Below, piece by piece: positions 1-10,024 of a DNA stretch of 64,000 nucleotides. Positions within the stretch are counted from its first letter, which is position 1. Each line of letters starts with the position of its first letter. Both the position numbers and the translations under genes were made by a program. The notes under the pieces were generated by a model. The model did not search any database, was not told the origin of the DNA, and worked only from the letters and a program-made list of their open reading frames with translations. The DNA is taken from the NCBI GenBank assembly GCA_039815185.1, contig JBCBZT010000003.1, positions 160,001 through 224,000 of the forward strand, in the 5' to 3' direction. The DNA is from Cyanobacteria bacterium P01_A01_bin.123. GTDB taxonomy: Bacteria; Cyanobacteriota; Cyanobacteriia; Phormidesmidales; Phormidesmidaceae.

Positions 1-2147
1 TGATAGATCTGAGATTTCATCAAAGTCAGGTGCTAATACGCCCATTTCAGAGCCAAATTTGTAAGCAACGAAGAACTCAAGTAGTGAACGATGGGCTGGC
101 GTGTAATCTCCCTCGGCGTTACGAATCAGCATGGTTTGCCCCATCATGTCGTAATGCCAATGATCCAGATCTTTCTGCTCCTCCACTGCTGGCCCGAATA
201 ACTTCCGAATGCGATCGGGAAACTCGCGATAATTAATACTCATCCGGTCCGTCGAAAGCATTTCCCAAGACAGCTCACACATGAAATAGAGCTTATCCGC
301 CATCGATGTAAACGTCCGCTCGGCCTTGATATCTCGCTCCATCTTGTGGCGTACGGCATACAGATACACCCGCGACATATCCACAGGTTTACCCGCCTCA
401 ATATCCGGCAACGCCTCCAAAATTAGCTCTGTCAACACCGGGCGATGGGCCAAATCCAACAGTTGAGGATTGCCCATAATTTGTTCAACTGTCGAAGGTT
501 TTGCCTGATGCGACAATACCTGCCGAATCTGCTCATCATTGAACTTCTCTAGCTCCAACACCTCAAACTGAGGCGTTTCCCCGGTCAAATCCTTCGTCGA
601 GGCTTGTAGTTCTGCATTCAGTAGCGCCCGCCCTTCTTTTGCTTCTGGGAAATGCTCGGTACGACATGTAAGGATGACCTTGGCTCCCGGCACCACCACC
701 TTCGCCAATTCCCAGAAATTGTTGATCATCTGCTGACGGTCGACGCGGGCTGCCATTTCATCGAAGCCGTCAAAAATCAACAGCAGCTTGCCCATCCGGT
801 TGAGCTGCTCAAACGCTGAATAGCCCGGAATCGGAATCTCGTGCTTACGGAAGAAGAACTCAGAAAATAACGATTCTACACTGACCGCTTTGGCATAGTC
901 TCGCAGCGGCACTACCAACGGCAGCCGGGGGCGTTCCAGGCCCCTTTGTTTGGCTTCGCCGTAACGCTGAAGCGCCTTCCAAGCGTAGTGAAAAGCAAAC
1001 CAGGTTTTACCCGTGCCAAATTCACCTAGGACAGAAATATGCTCTTTAGCGGGGTCATCTAGCCAAAGATCCAAGTAGCCCTCAATCCACCCATCCCGCT
1101 CGTCGTAGCGGCTGATGCCCATACGCTGATGGGTGTCAGGATCAATCTCCTCTTTGATGCAGGCCAAGGGCACATAGTTCTGGTCAATGCCCCGCTGCTG
1201 AATTTCAGCCTCTAGCCAAGTTAGGTAGCCGCTAAAGTCGGCATCCTGATCAAGCAGTTCATCAAAGGTGTAGCAGCCCAAACCATCATTTTCTGCTTTC
1301 TCGATCTCATCCCGTGCCGCCCGACTAATTCGCCGTGCAGTGACTAACCAGCCCTCATCTGTACGATGGGTCTCAACCGATTGCCTCAACACCTCAACAT
1401 CTGATAGCCCCGCTTCACCATCAATGCCTAGCACCAGAATGCGATCGTAACGACCCGTCTCACCGGGATATTGATGATCCACTCAAAACAATCATCCTGC
1501 CAGACTTCATGGGACTCTAACCGGAATCCCAACGTCTCAAACCAGCCCCGCATTTGTTGAGCCATCGCAAAAGCTTTGCATTGTTCAGCGCCAAAAGTCA
1601 CCGATCCCGGTAAGGCCAGATACTCCTGAGCTGCCAGTCGGGCCATTTCAGTCCGCATACCTTCTAAAGTCGGCAGACGATTTAGTCGTTCTTGTAGGGT
1701 GCCAATTTGTCGATGGAGCGACTCTAGCTTTTGCTGGGCTAAAATTTCGGCTGGCGTCCGGGTGCGTTTAGCCACTTCAATAAACACAGCGGCAAATTCG
1801 TAGAACTCTCGGCGCACATCGACTTGATTGCGCTGAATGGCTGCACCCAAAGGATGCTCAGTCAGAAAAGCTTCGCCCTACTGTAACAGCCTAGCTGGGT
1901 TATTTTGTGCCAACGCTTCCCGAAAAAGCTGCTGAATTTCGGGTTGCCGAAAAATTTCTAATACAGGTTTAGGCTTACCCACCCCGTATTCCACCAAGGC
2001 GTATTGGTAGACCCCCGTAAAATCAGCTGGAGGGTGGTCTGGATCAAGCTTGAGCTGTTTGAGCAGCTTGATCACTGTCTCATTGCGAGACATGCTCTCT
2101 ACAGCCGCATCGAAAAGCAGATCGATCAGATTATCCAGACCAAACAC
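1..2147 (-). pseudogene. NACHT (STAND) NTPase gene, disrupted by an in-frame TAG and a frameshift; runs off the window start
   Basis: The ORF 2147-1878 ends at TAG (1878-1880) and continues in frame into ORF 1850-1428. A frameshift near 1455 (AGACGGGTCGT) leads to a frame open to base 1 with Walker A GEFGTGKT (~1003-1026), Walker B LLLIFDGFDEM, ILTCR and the winged-helix motif PAHRSLLEFF. Confidence 0.8.
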
Positions 2148-2220
2148 AGGCGTTCTCCCAGAGCTTTACTCTAGTGAAACTCAATTTTTGGGTGTCAGGT
2201 CAAAAATCTACCGACATATT

Positions 2221-3267
2221 TTAGAGCAGGGCTTGGTGGCAGAAAATCTCAGCCTGAGCGGGAGGTAGTTCATTGGCAATCAGTTTCACCAATTGGTTAG
2301 GCGTTGTCGGATGATGAGTGGCAATAATCTCATCGACAATCACCTGCGCCATTGGGCCAATGTCGTCAACCAGAGACTGCTGACATTTTTCGATAAAGGC
2401 ATTTGTTAATGCCGGTGCGTTTGAACTGTAGGGTTGCTCAACCCTTTCACTAGGCAAAACGCTGTGGCGAAAGCGGATCGCCTCTTGTGGATCAGGAATT
2501 TTATCAGCGACTAGATCAATGAGTTGACTGGGTGTTCTGGGGCGGTGCAGCTTGATAATATCGTCTAAAACTAGAGCCACCACCGGGTCAATGAAATACT
2601 CAGACAGCTTACGCTGACATTGCTCTAAAAGTGTCGGGTTCCAGGCTGCGGGGGGAGTCTTGCAATCTGTAATCAGGTGATTGTCAAGATGGGCCGGTTT
2701 CTCAAAACCAGATGTTTTAACCTGTACAATCGTTTGAGATTGCCGAGTTTTGGAAATGCTAGCCTGAGACACATCAGGTTGATGGCCGCTCACCTGAGCC
2801 ACCTGAGCCATCACTTTGAGCTGATCTGGCCACTTGACAACAGCAGGGTTCGGCAGTGGGCTAAGGTTTTGCGCAGTAGGGGCGAGGCAAGTCCCCGTGA
2901 GGATAGCTGCCTCTAAATCAGCCTCAGTCGTCTGCGCCTGAAACAAATCTGCATGGCTGAGGTTAGCACTACTGAGGTTGGCACTGCTGAGGTTAGCCTG
3001 ACGCAGATTGGCAGACGCTAGATTAGCCTCACTCAAATACGCATTGCTGAGGTCAGCGCCACTCAAATCCGCGTTGCGGAGGTCAGCGCCAATCAGGCAG
3101 GCTCGGCTGAGATTAGCACCCCTCAAGTTAGCGCCCCTCAAGTCAATTTCAAACAGATAACATTTGCTCAGGTCTGCACCACTCAGAGCTGGCACCAGGG
3201 TCGGGTTATTGATTCGCCACTGATTCCATTGGTCTACATCACATTCAAGCAAACGTTGATAATCCAT
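2221..3267 (-). CDS. Pentapeptide-repeat protein with a duplicated C-terminal helical module
   Basis: A(D/N)LxxA repeats follow QWNQWR. Two similar C-terminal units: LLEQCQRKLSEYFIDPVV..PRTPSQLIDLVA and FIEKCQQSLVDDIGPMA..PTTPNQLVKLIA. ATG 3267 preferred over GTG 3297. Confidence 0.85.
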   Translation of the reverse strand: MDYQRLLECDVDQWNQWRINNPTLVPALSGADLSKCYLFEIDLRGANLRGANLSRACLIGADLRNADLSGADLSNAYLSEANLASANLRQANLSSANLSSANLSHADLFQAQTTEADLEAAILTGTCLAPTAQNLSPLPNPAVVKWPDQLKVMAQVAQVSGHQPDVSQASISKTRQSQTIVQVKTSGFEKPAHLDNHLITDCKTPPAAWNPTLLEQCQRKLSEYFIDPVVALVLDDIIKLHRPRTPSQLIDLVADKIPDPQEAIRFRHSVLPSERVEQPYSSNAPALTNAFIEKCQQSLVDDIGPMAQVIVDEIIATHHPTTPNQLVKLIANELPPAQAEIFCHQALL

Positions 3268-3627
3268 GGTTGACTCGACTTTGCCTAGGCGACTCACTCA
3301 ATGCTTCAAAGCCCCATGCTGTCATTTCTGAGACTAGATACTAGAAGTTGCCTTTGTTGCATCTACAGAAAAAGTACAGGCAATAACCCTGAACTTTTGA
3401 CAGGCATGGATGTGTTGACAGCTATGGGATAGACCGAAATTGTGCTAACGCAGCTGCCTTAATTATTAAGTTACGTGATTCAATACTTAAACATTCTCAT
3501 CCGACAATCGTGATTTGGCGATCGCTGCTTACGAATTCTTCATGCGCATTACGGATAGTGAATGAACTTCTTGCACCAATCAGCTTAGTAGAGCTGCCCA
3601 GAAGTAGACAGTATTCTAACTATCGCA

Positions 3628-4290
3628 CTAGCTAGCTGCCCGCAGGTTAGATTGCACCATACCCATGGTTTCGCATGCAACTGCTTCCCAAGCCTCTGTT
3701 TTCATCTTGAGGGGAGCTGCAATGTCTAAGCATTGAAATGCCAGCGTATCTGCTACCTTGGTCGCGATCGCCTTGGCTGTTATCCCTTTAGGCAGGTTAA
3801 GGTGCGGAAACGGATAACAATCAATGTCTTGCCAAAACACAAGCTCACAGTCATAAAATCCATCTGCGTTGAGAAAGTGGCTGGCTTTGAGAATTTGGAG
3901 TCGATGGGTATTGATAGAAATTCCGCGCTGGCGTTTTTCTGTAATTTCTTTTTTCTTCTCAATTGCTTTCGGGGTTTGCGTGTCGCGTAAAGGCCCCAAA
4001 AAATCCATATAGATGTGCAAATCCATTGGTGTTGAGACTACCACCATCTTGGCTGAGTTAAGTTTCTGCCGCCTGGGACTATACATCCAGGTTCTAACTG
4101 CCCGAGGTGTGTCTCTTCCGTCTAATAGGTGAATAAAGCCAAACTCACCGTCAATTGATTTTGTTATTTGAAAGGGCTGATTTGTCGTGGCCTCGCCTTC
4201 ACGAGACCAAAGCGTTTGACGAATAAAACCTAAACTATCTTCAAGAATCCGATCGAATAACATGGCATCATGCCCCTGAAAGTGCACCAT
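3628..4290 (-). CDS. Hypothetical protein
   Basis: ~220-aa ORF filling the space between genes; no motif recognised. Start uncertain (TTG 4317 or ATG 4290). Confidence 0.6.
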   Translation of the reverse strand: MVHFQGHDAMLFDRILEDSLGFIRQTLWSREGEATTNQPFQITKSIDGEFGFIHLLDGRDTPRAVRTWMYSPRRQKLNSAKMVVVSTPMDLHIYMDFLGPLRDTQTPKAIEKKKEITEKRQRGISINTHRLQILKASHFLNADGFYDCELVFWQDIDCYPFPHLNLPKGITAKAIATKVADTLAFQCLDIAAPLKMKTEAWEAVACETMGMVQSNLRAAS

Positions 4291-4496
4291 TAAAGACTCG
4301 GGTTGCCTGATCTGCAAGTGGCGAGACTCAATACGGCTGTCAGTCCTTACTGACTCAAGTTCTGTGCATCAGGCTGTTCCATTTCCATGATGGGTTTCTG
4401 GGACGATCTACATCCAAGGGAAAATCACTTAATTTGACGCTCTAGTATTTTTGAAAGCTCCGTAATTATGGCCATGAAAATTATCGCTAAATAGTT

Positions 4497-5345
4497 TCAA
4501 AGCAGGATGTCGAGCCCAAAGTCTTCGCAGATTTGACGAACGGCGATCGCCCATCCTGTTGGCCCCGGTGCAGGCGCGATCGCCCAACCGCGATCGCGCA
4601 ATTGAGCATGTGCCCCATCCTTACCTGGAATCACAATCGGCCGATCGACGTTTTCGAGCATGTCAAGATCGTTGGGGCTGTTGCCTAAGCCCACAGTGAC
4701 TATGGTTTTCTCAGGGGGCAGAATGGACTGATATAGCGCCCGTAGTTGCAGCACCGTTGCTCCTTTCCCAGCTTCACCCCCGATTAGGTGCGAAAAGCGA
4801 TCGCCCACGACTACCCGAAAGCCCATCTCTTCGACTGCTTCTGTAAGCCGACTAGCGTCTACATTTTTAGGCGTTAAAAAGGGCTCACTAAATTCTCGGC
4901 TTTTGGCTTGCTGGGCGTCTGCTTTGGATAATCCAGTCAACTGCTGAATTTGATCGACCGCGAGATCACCGAATCCCTTAAGTGGACGACCGAGAGATTG
5001 GGCGATCGCTTTGAGCCCAGCCCGCGCCATCACATACTGACAGCCCAACAGCAGCAGGCGATAATCGCCAACATCGTCTCCCTCTGGCAGGTCAAAGGGC
5101 GTACCGCTGGTCGGGATGAATACCCCACTGCCGTTTTCGACAATAAATGGGTCACTGAGCCCAATTTGCTGGCGTAGCGTTTCCACCTCCGCCCGAGTTT
5201 TGCTGGTCACCGGAATCACCGGAATGCCTTGGTCTTTGAATCCGTTGATCAGCGGCAAGGCCGGTGCATAACTGTAGGTCTCAGAATCGAGCAGGGTGCC
5301 GTCGAGGTCGGTAAAGATTAGAAGTTGGGAAGTAGCCTGCATCAT
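4497..5345 (-). CDS. HAD-IIB hydrolase, mannosyl/glucosyl-3-phosphoglycerate phosphatase family
   Basis: IFTDLDGTLL, VTSKTRAE, PFIVENG and GNSPNDLDML motifs. Confidence 0.85.
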   Translation of the reverse strand: MMQATSQLLIFTDLDGTLLDSETYSYAPALPLINGFKDQGIPVIPVTSKTRAEVETLRQQIGLSDPFIVENGSGVFIPTSGTPFDLPEGDDVGDYRLLLLGCQYVMARAGLKAIAQSLGRPLKGFGDLAVDQIQQLTGLSKADAQQAKSREFSEPFLTPKNVDASRLTEAVEEMGFRVVVGDRFSHLIGGEAGKGATVLQLRALYQSILPPEKTIVTVGLGNSPNDLDMLENVDRPIVIPGKDGAHAQLRDRGWAIAPAPGPTGWAIAVRQICEDFGLDILL

Positions 5346-5556
5346 ATTGGCTTTGGTAGAACACAGCGGCAGCAAAGGTGCCTTTCAATTATCAACCCAA
5401 GGCGATCGCTCGCATAGTCTTCCCGTTGTTGCCGACCTAGCGGTTTACAATCCCTAACGATCCGTAAACCACAATTAACCCCCTGTAGGTTTTTATGCGC
5501 CCTAAACAGCGCTTAATTATCCAAAAAATGAAATTTACTTTCCAGGTAATTTAACT

Positions 5557-6045
5557 ATGACGAATATCAATCTAGTTCGATCTATGCAGTTGACTGCGAT
5601 CGCGCTGCTTGCAGGCACGACTTTAGCAGCCTGTGGTGCCCGTGATGCCGTCGAAGAGATTCCTGAGATTGTTGATAGTTCTGTCGATGAAGCCCTACAG
5701 TCGGAAGGCAAAACTTTTATGGGAACGATTGTGCGCGGTCAACAGGCTTATTTCTTGGGTGAAGGTCAATTTGCAGGGACATTAGAAGACCTGGCACTGG
5801 GACTCGCCCCTGAAACCGATCAATATACCTATGCCGTCGTTGAAGCTGATGATACTAAAGCCATCGCCACCGCAACGGCCAAGCAAGAAGGGTTCAAAAG
5901 CTACTCAGCAGCGGTATATGCAGTAGATGAAAGTACCGTTCGCTTGGTGTGTGAGGCAGATGAAGCTGGCAGTACTCCTCCCGGAGCCCCGCAACTGTCA
6001 GGAACCGAAGCCACTTGTCCAGCGGGGTCATCGGCAGTGGAGTAG
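5557..6045 (+). CDS. Lipoprotein with a type IV pilin-like G/H domain
   Basis: Lipobox LAAC. QSEGKTFMGTIVRGQQAYFL...KSYSAAV...CEA...CP pattern typical of cyanobacterial pilin G/H globular domains. Confidence 0.75.
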   Translation: MTNINLVRSMQLTAIALLAGTTLAACGARDAVEEIPEIVDSSVDEALQSEGKTFMGTIVRGQQAYFLGEGQFAGTLEDLALGLAPETDQYTYAVVEADDTKAIATATAKQEGFKSYSAAVYAVDESTVRLVCEADEAGSTPPGAPQLSGTEATCPAGSSAVE

Positions 6046-6185
6046 GTAGGGTCTTGTTCGGTGACTTTAATCAGTGTCATAGGCTAGGCTCAATAGGTCA
6101 GATTGAATGGATCAGCTGAGTTACGGCCAAATCGGGGAAAGATACCCTCTATCCTAGATAAGGATAGTCAGCTGATTACTCGCCC

Positions 6186-7118
6186 ATGAATCCGTCACCG
6201 TCTCAAGCCAACCCCGTCCTCAAAATTGCCGTTGTCGGTGATGTACACGATCAATGGGGGGCCGACGACGCGATCGCGCTGGATCATCTCAACCCTGATC
6301 TGGTTTTGTTTGTGGGGGATTTTGGCAACGAATCGGTGGAGATTACTGGGGCGATCGCTGCCCTCGATCGCCCCAAAGCAGTCATTCTGGGAAACCACGA
6401 TGCTTGGTACAGCGCCACCCACTGGGGACGAGAAAAATGTCCCTATGATCGCAGCCAAGAAGATTGGGTACAGCAGCAGCTTGATTTACTGGGCATCACC
6501 CATGTGGGTTACGGCAAACTGGATTTTCCTGATCTAGGTCTAAGCGTCGTTGGCGGACGCCCTTTTAGTTGGGGTGGCCCCGAATGGCGCAATAAGACGT
6601 TCTATCGCGAACGCTACGGCATCCATAATTTTGAAGAATCCACCGCGCGCATTTGCGAAGCTATCGATCAGACTCGCCAAAATACCTTAGTTTTCATCGG
6701 ACACTGTGGCCCGCAAGGTTTAGGTAAGACCCCAGAAGATCCCTGTGGGCGCGACTGGAAGCCCCTCGGTGGGGATTGGGGAGAACCGGACTTAACCAAC
6801 GCGATCGCCTATGCGCGACAATTGGGTAAACAGATTCCCCTGGTGACCTTTGGTCATATGCATCATGGGTTGCGCCACCGCAAAGATTGTCTGCGCAAAC
6901 GCTGGGATGTGGATGATACAGGCACGCTTTATCTGAATGCGGCTAGCGTGCCCCGCATCATGCAAACTGTAACGGGTACCCAGCGTAACTTTTCTTTGGT
7001 GACCCTAGATTGCCACCAGGTGCGGGATGCAGCACTCGTTTGGGTCAACCCCCATCGACCTTCAGTGCAGGCTGAGAGACTCTACAGTGCTAGTCCGTTG
7101 TCAGCTTCAACCGCTTAA
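6186..7118 (+). CDS. Calcineurin-like metallophosphoesterase (TIGR04168-type)
   Basis: GDVH, VGDFGNE, GNHD and FGHMHH motifs. Confidence 0.85.
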   Translation: MNPSPSQANPVLKIAVVGDVHDQWGADDAIALDHLNPDLVLFVGDFGNESVEITGAIAALDRPKAVILGNHDAWYSATHWGREKCPYDRSQEDWVQQQLDLLGITHVGYGKLDFPDLGLSVVGGRPFSWGGPEWRNKTFYRERYGIHNFEESTARICEAIDQTRQNTLVFIGHCGPQGLGKTPEDPCGRDWKPLGGDWGEPDLTNAIAYARQLGKQIPLVTFGHMHHGLRHRKDCLRKRWDVDDTGTLYLNAASVPRIMQTVTGTQRNFSLVTLDCHQVRDAALVWVNPHRPSVQAERLYSASPLSASTA

Positions 7119-7197
7119 TTTTGAAACAGCGGTCGATTTCTATTCAGGGATTAGGCTAGAATTTCCAAGTTAGCAGTTCGTTGGAGCTGCCCCACCG

Positions 7198-7282
7198 GGA
7201 GAGGTGGCAGAGTGGTCGATTGCGCTCGACTTGAAATCGAGTGAAGCGAAAGCTTCCGAGGGTTCGAATCCCTCCCTCTCCG
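7198..7282 (+). tRNA. trnS: tRNA-Ser(UGA)
   Basis: GGAGAGG/CCTCTCC acceptor stem, anticodon arm CTCGA-CT TGA AA-TCGAG, long variable arm, GGTTCGAATCC T-loop. Confidence 0.97.
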
Positions 7283-7299
7283 TTGATGCTGCTAAAGGC

Positions 7300-7887
7300 T
7301 CAGGGCCTTTTGAGGAGCAAAGTTTGTAACGTATTCACCTGACGCTGATACTCGGCTTCGGTTAACACGGGAGTACTGGGAGTCGTCGCGAGGGTTGCAG
7401 CTAGCTCAATCCAAGATCGGCATCCCCCATAGCTGGTTTGATAAGGAATCGCGATTGCCTGGGTTAAGCGATGAACGCGTAGCAGCAAGACAAACAACGG
7501 CTGGTTCGGTTTCCAGTGAAATCGCTCTGCTGCGAACTGTTCAGTCCAAATGTGATGAGGCAGCAATGTGTCAACTGAGTGAGCCTGATCGATTGAAAAA
7601 ATGTGAGTAATCTCAGCCCAGGCTTTGATCGCCACTGAGTCAGGATGCCAACCAGAAGGAACCGATGTGACCTGAGTTTTATAAGCTGGTTTGAGTAGAT
7701 GGGGCTTTTGATGCTCATAGGTGGGATACAACCAAACGCGATCGCGTTTCACCGTAAAGCGCCCTGCCGCTTCTCGAATGCCGCCTTTCCGCAGCAGCAT
7801 GATAGTCTCACCTTGTGCCAAGGCATCAACAGCAATCGACCATTCTTTGAGGGCAGCTTGTAATCCTGTCGTTGTTTGGGTGGCCAT
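7300..7887 (-). CDS. DUF1802 family protein
   Basis: ALKEW...LLRKGGIRE...LYPTYEHQ...YGGCRSWI signature. ATG 7887 preferred. Confidence 0.85.
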   Translation of the reverse strand: MATQTTTGLQAALKEWSIAVDALAQGETIMLLRKGGIREAAGRFTVKRDRVWLYPTYEHQKPHLLKPAYKTQVTSVPSGWHPDSVAIKAWAEITHIFSIDQAHSVDTLLPHHIWTEQFAAERFHWKPNQPLFVLLLRVHRLTQAIAIPYQTSYGGCRSWIELAATLATTPSTPVLTEAEYQRQVNTLQTLLLKRP

Positions 7888-7907
7888 CAACTTCCCTATG
7901 GCAGCAA

Positions 7908-8333
7908 CTATGAATGGGAACGCGATCGGGGTCTTAAATAGAGTTGCCTCAAGTAGCTCAACAACAACCCCCCAAGGGCACAGCCCACTAAATAATGGGG
8001 ATAGTCCCAAAATGAAAATGTTGTGCCCAGCAACAGTCGCCACAGCAAATGGGCTTTGAGATCTGCCGGAAAAGGAATTAACTGGGTTAACTCAACCAGT
8101 CCGGTTGCCATAAAGACACCGATGGCAATGGTGCGGGCAGGCCAGCGGATCTTCCAAATGCCAAGCAATATAACCCAGGCCATTTCGTACAAAATATCGC
8201 CGCTGAAGTCGTGCACCCAAGCTTGCCCTAGGCCGCTATACCACTTGGTGCCCAACCCCACAAGTACTAATACGCTCAGGGCAAGGCACCCGGCCCAACG
8301 ATAGTGGATGACTCGGTTGACTTTGATCTTCAT
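7908..8333 (-). CDS. DUF2809-like membrane protein
   Basis: Hydrophobic; GDILYE, VELTQL and LLLGTTFSFWD motifs. Confidence 0.75.
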   Translation of the reverse strand: MKIKVNRVIHYRWAGCLALSVLVLVGLGTKWYSGLGQAWVHDFSGDILYEMAWVILLGIWKIRWPARTIAIGVFMATGLVELTQLIPFPADLKAHLLWRLLLGTTFSFWDYPHYLVGCALGGLLLSYLRQLYLRPRSRSHS

Positions 8334-8639
8334 GGGCGATCGCAGGGAATGATTCACAGTGAGTTGAGTGTTTATGGCAGGGTTGTGCAAATTCTAGCGC
8401 TTGTAACCTGAGTCACACGGGATATCTGCTTCGAGTCACAAAATGTGCACCGGGCTGTCACGGTTAAGGGCTTTGAAGATCACGCCTATGAACTGGGTAA
8501 AGTCACGGAGAAATTCAGCTTCATCACCGATATTTAGATAGGGCGGCAGCGGCATTTACCTGTTTTGGTTCAAAGGGATGTCCTGTAGCTGCCTATAAAT
8601 CCTCTGTCCGCAGCATCGATTCAACTGAGTGAGAAAATC

Positions 8640-8915
8640 ATGAATGCAAATATGAGTCAAACTGCCCCACCTGTTTTTCCCTCTCTCTCGAGGCTAGAGC
8701 TTAACACCCGGATTAAACAAATCGGTGTGTTGTACTGGATTAAACTCATGCGCGAGGGGATACCCCGTAATGAAAGTCGCACCATTGCGGCTGCGATCGC
8801 GAAGTTTAGAATCGCCAATCGTCGTCCAACAAGTGATCAGAAATTGTTAATTGTGCAATATAGTGCCCTGATTTGTCGGGCAGGATTGTGGCATAGCGAC
8901 TTACTCGTGTCTTAA
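8640..8915 (+). CDS. Small hypothetical protein
   Basis: 91-aa ATG-initiated ORF in an otherwise empty interval. Confidence 0.55.
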   Translation: MNANMSQTAPPVFPSLSRLELNTRIKQIGVLYWIKLMREGIPRNESRTIAAAIAKFRIANRRPTSDQKLLIVQYSALICRAGLWHSDLLVS

Positions 8916-9071
8916 TTGTGCAGCCAAATAGCCATCATCGACTATGGCGACGAGCGTTAGCTGATCATAATCCAACAGCGCCTGCTCAATACCAAGCTGC
9001 ACTGGCGGATCATCTTCAACAATCAAAACACGCCTTGTGGGCAGCTAGATCTGTAGAGGCATTGGGGCCAT
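8901..9071 (-). pseudogene. Remnant of a response-regulator receiver domain (NarL-like N-terminus)
   Basis: Hand translation gives MAPMPLQI*LPTRRVLIVEDDPPVQLGIEQALLDYDQLTLVAIVDDGYLAAQLRHE*. Internal TAG at 9045-9047; truncated before the phosphoacceptor Asp. Confidence 0.7.
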
Positions 9072-9126
9072 CTCGCACAAGGATAAATATTCGGTAACGA
9101 GCTCTATTTAAACTTGTGCCGAGAAG

Positions 9127-9660
9127 TCATAATCTGCACGGGGCAAGTAGCGTATCTTTAACAGCTGTGCGGGTTAATGTCGTGCCCGCTAACTGCGCCC
9201 CTTCTAACTTGGCCCCTTCTAAATTAGCTCCAGTTAAGTCAGCACCGCGTAGGTCAGCCTGACGCAAATCAGCGCCCTGCAGATCTGCGTAACAAATGTG
9301 GGCATGCCGTAACTTAGCCTCCCTGAGATTGGCACCATTCAACTGCGCTAGCCGCAAGTCTGCTTCTGTTAAATCCGCCTGATACAGCAGAGTGGCCTGT
9401 AGCTGACTGCGAATTAGAATGGCTCGCTGCAACTTAGTCTGACTCAAATCAGCCTGCCTTAAATCGGTACGCCAAAGGTTAGCACCAGATAGGTTTGCCT
9501 GACTCAACGTTGAACAGTAGAGGATCGTCCCCGTCAAGTCGCTACGACAAATGACAACGCCTGGTAAGTAGGCATTGATCATCTGCGCCTCGCGCAAATC
9601 TAAATGAGAAAACTCTCGCTGACCATTGGCATAATCTTCAAGAAATTTACCGACTTCCAT
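9127..9660 (-). CDS. Pentapeptide-repeat protein
   Basis: YANGQREFS N-terminus followed by continuous A(D/N)Lxx repeats. Confidence 0.9.
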   Translation of the reverse strand: MEVGKFLEDYANGQREFSHLDLREAQMINAYLPGVVICRSDLTGTILYCSTLSQANLSGANLWRTDLRQADLSQTKLQRAILIRSQLQATLLYQADLTEADLRLAQLNGANLREAKLRHAHICYADLQGADLRQADLRGADLTGANLEGAKLEGAQLAGTTLTRTAVKDTLLAPCRL

Positions 9661-9696
9661 GATGTCTGTTCCTATGAGGCATGCCTGAGCTGATCA

Positions 9697-9714
9697 TTTG
9701 TAAACTAATGTAAC
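9697..9714 (-). promoter_or_regulatory. HLR1 (RpaB-binding) motif
   Basis: Minus strand reads GTTACATT-AG-TTTACAAA, an exact match to (G/T)TTACA(T/A)(T/A)-N2 repeated, 37 nt upstream of the pentapeptide gene start. Confidence 0.7.
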
Positions 9715-9972
9715 AAATTTTTGGGGGCTTAGCCATTTTCCGCTCTAGCGATATCGGATTTTGAGGCGTCATGGCACAGAAACGAATGCTGAGGCTGTAA
9801 GCCTTGCTAAGTTAGGTCTTTGGCCCTAGCAATGCTGCTCATTAGGCGTATTGGGGTTCCTGTAACGGCATGAAGCTAACTTGTTGTCAGGCTTCGGCTA
9901 GCGCCAAATATTAGCGTCCCAGCATATTGATGTAGATATGTCCCAAGGGCGATAAACGGCTTATTCCTCGCG

Positions 9973-9987
9973 ATGCATGAGTTACAT
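9973..9987 (+). promoter_or_regulatory. Candidate NtcB (LysR-type) site AT-N11-AT
   Basis: ATgcatgagttacAT centred at 9980, ~50 nt upstream of the NtcA box centre. The motif has low information content. Confidence 0.4.
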
Positions 9988-10024
9988 AGAACCTATGCGA
10001 TTTTACCCTCCGCAATAATATTTT

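Noticed and set aside
1878..1880. Programmed TAG readthrough (pyrrolysine/recoding) in the NACHT gene
   Set aside because: Other genes in the window use TAG as a normal stop, no recoding machinery is visible, and a second independent lesion (frameshift) favours decay or assembly error.
7198..7282. tRNAs (also 25865-25938 and 56117-56565) as prophage/island integration sites
   Set aside because: No integrase and no duplicated tRNA 3' end (att) were found in the window.
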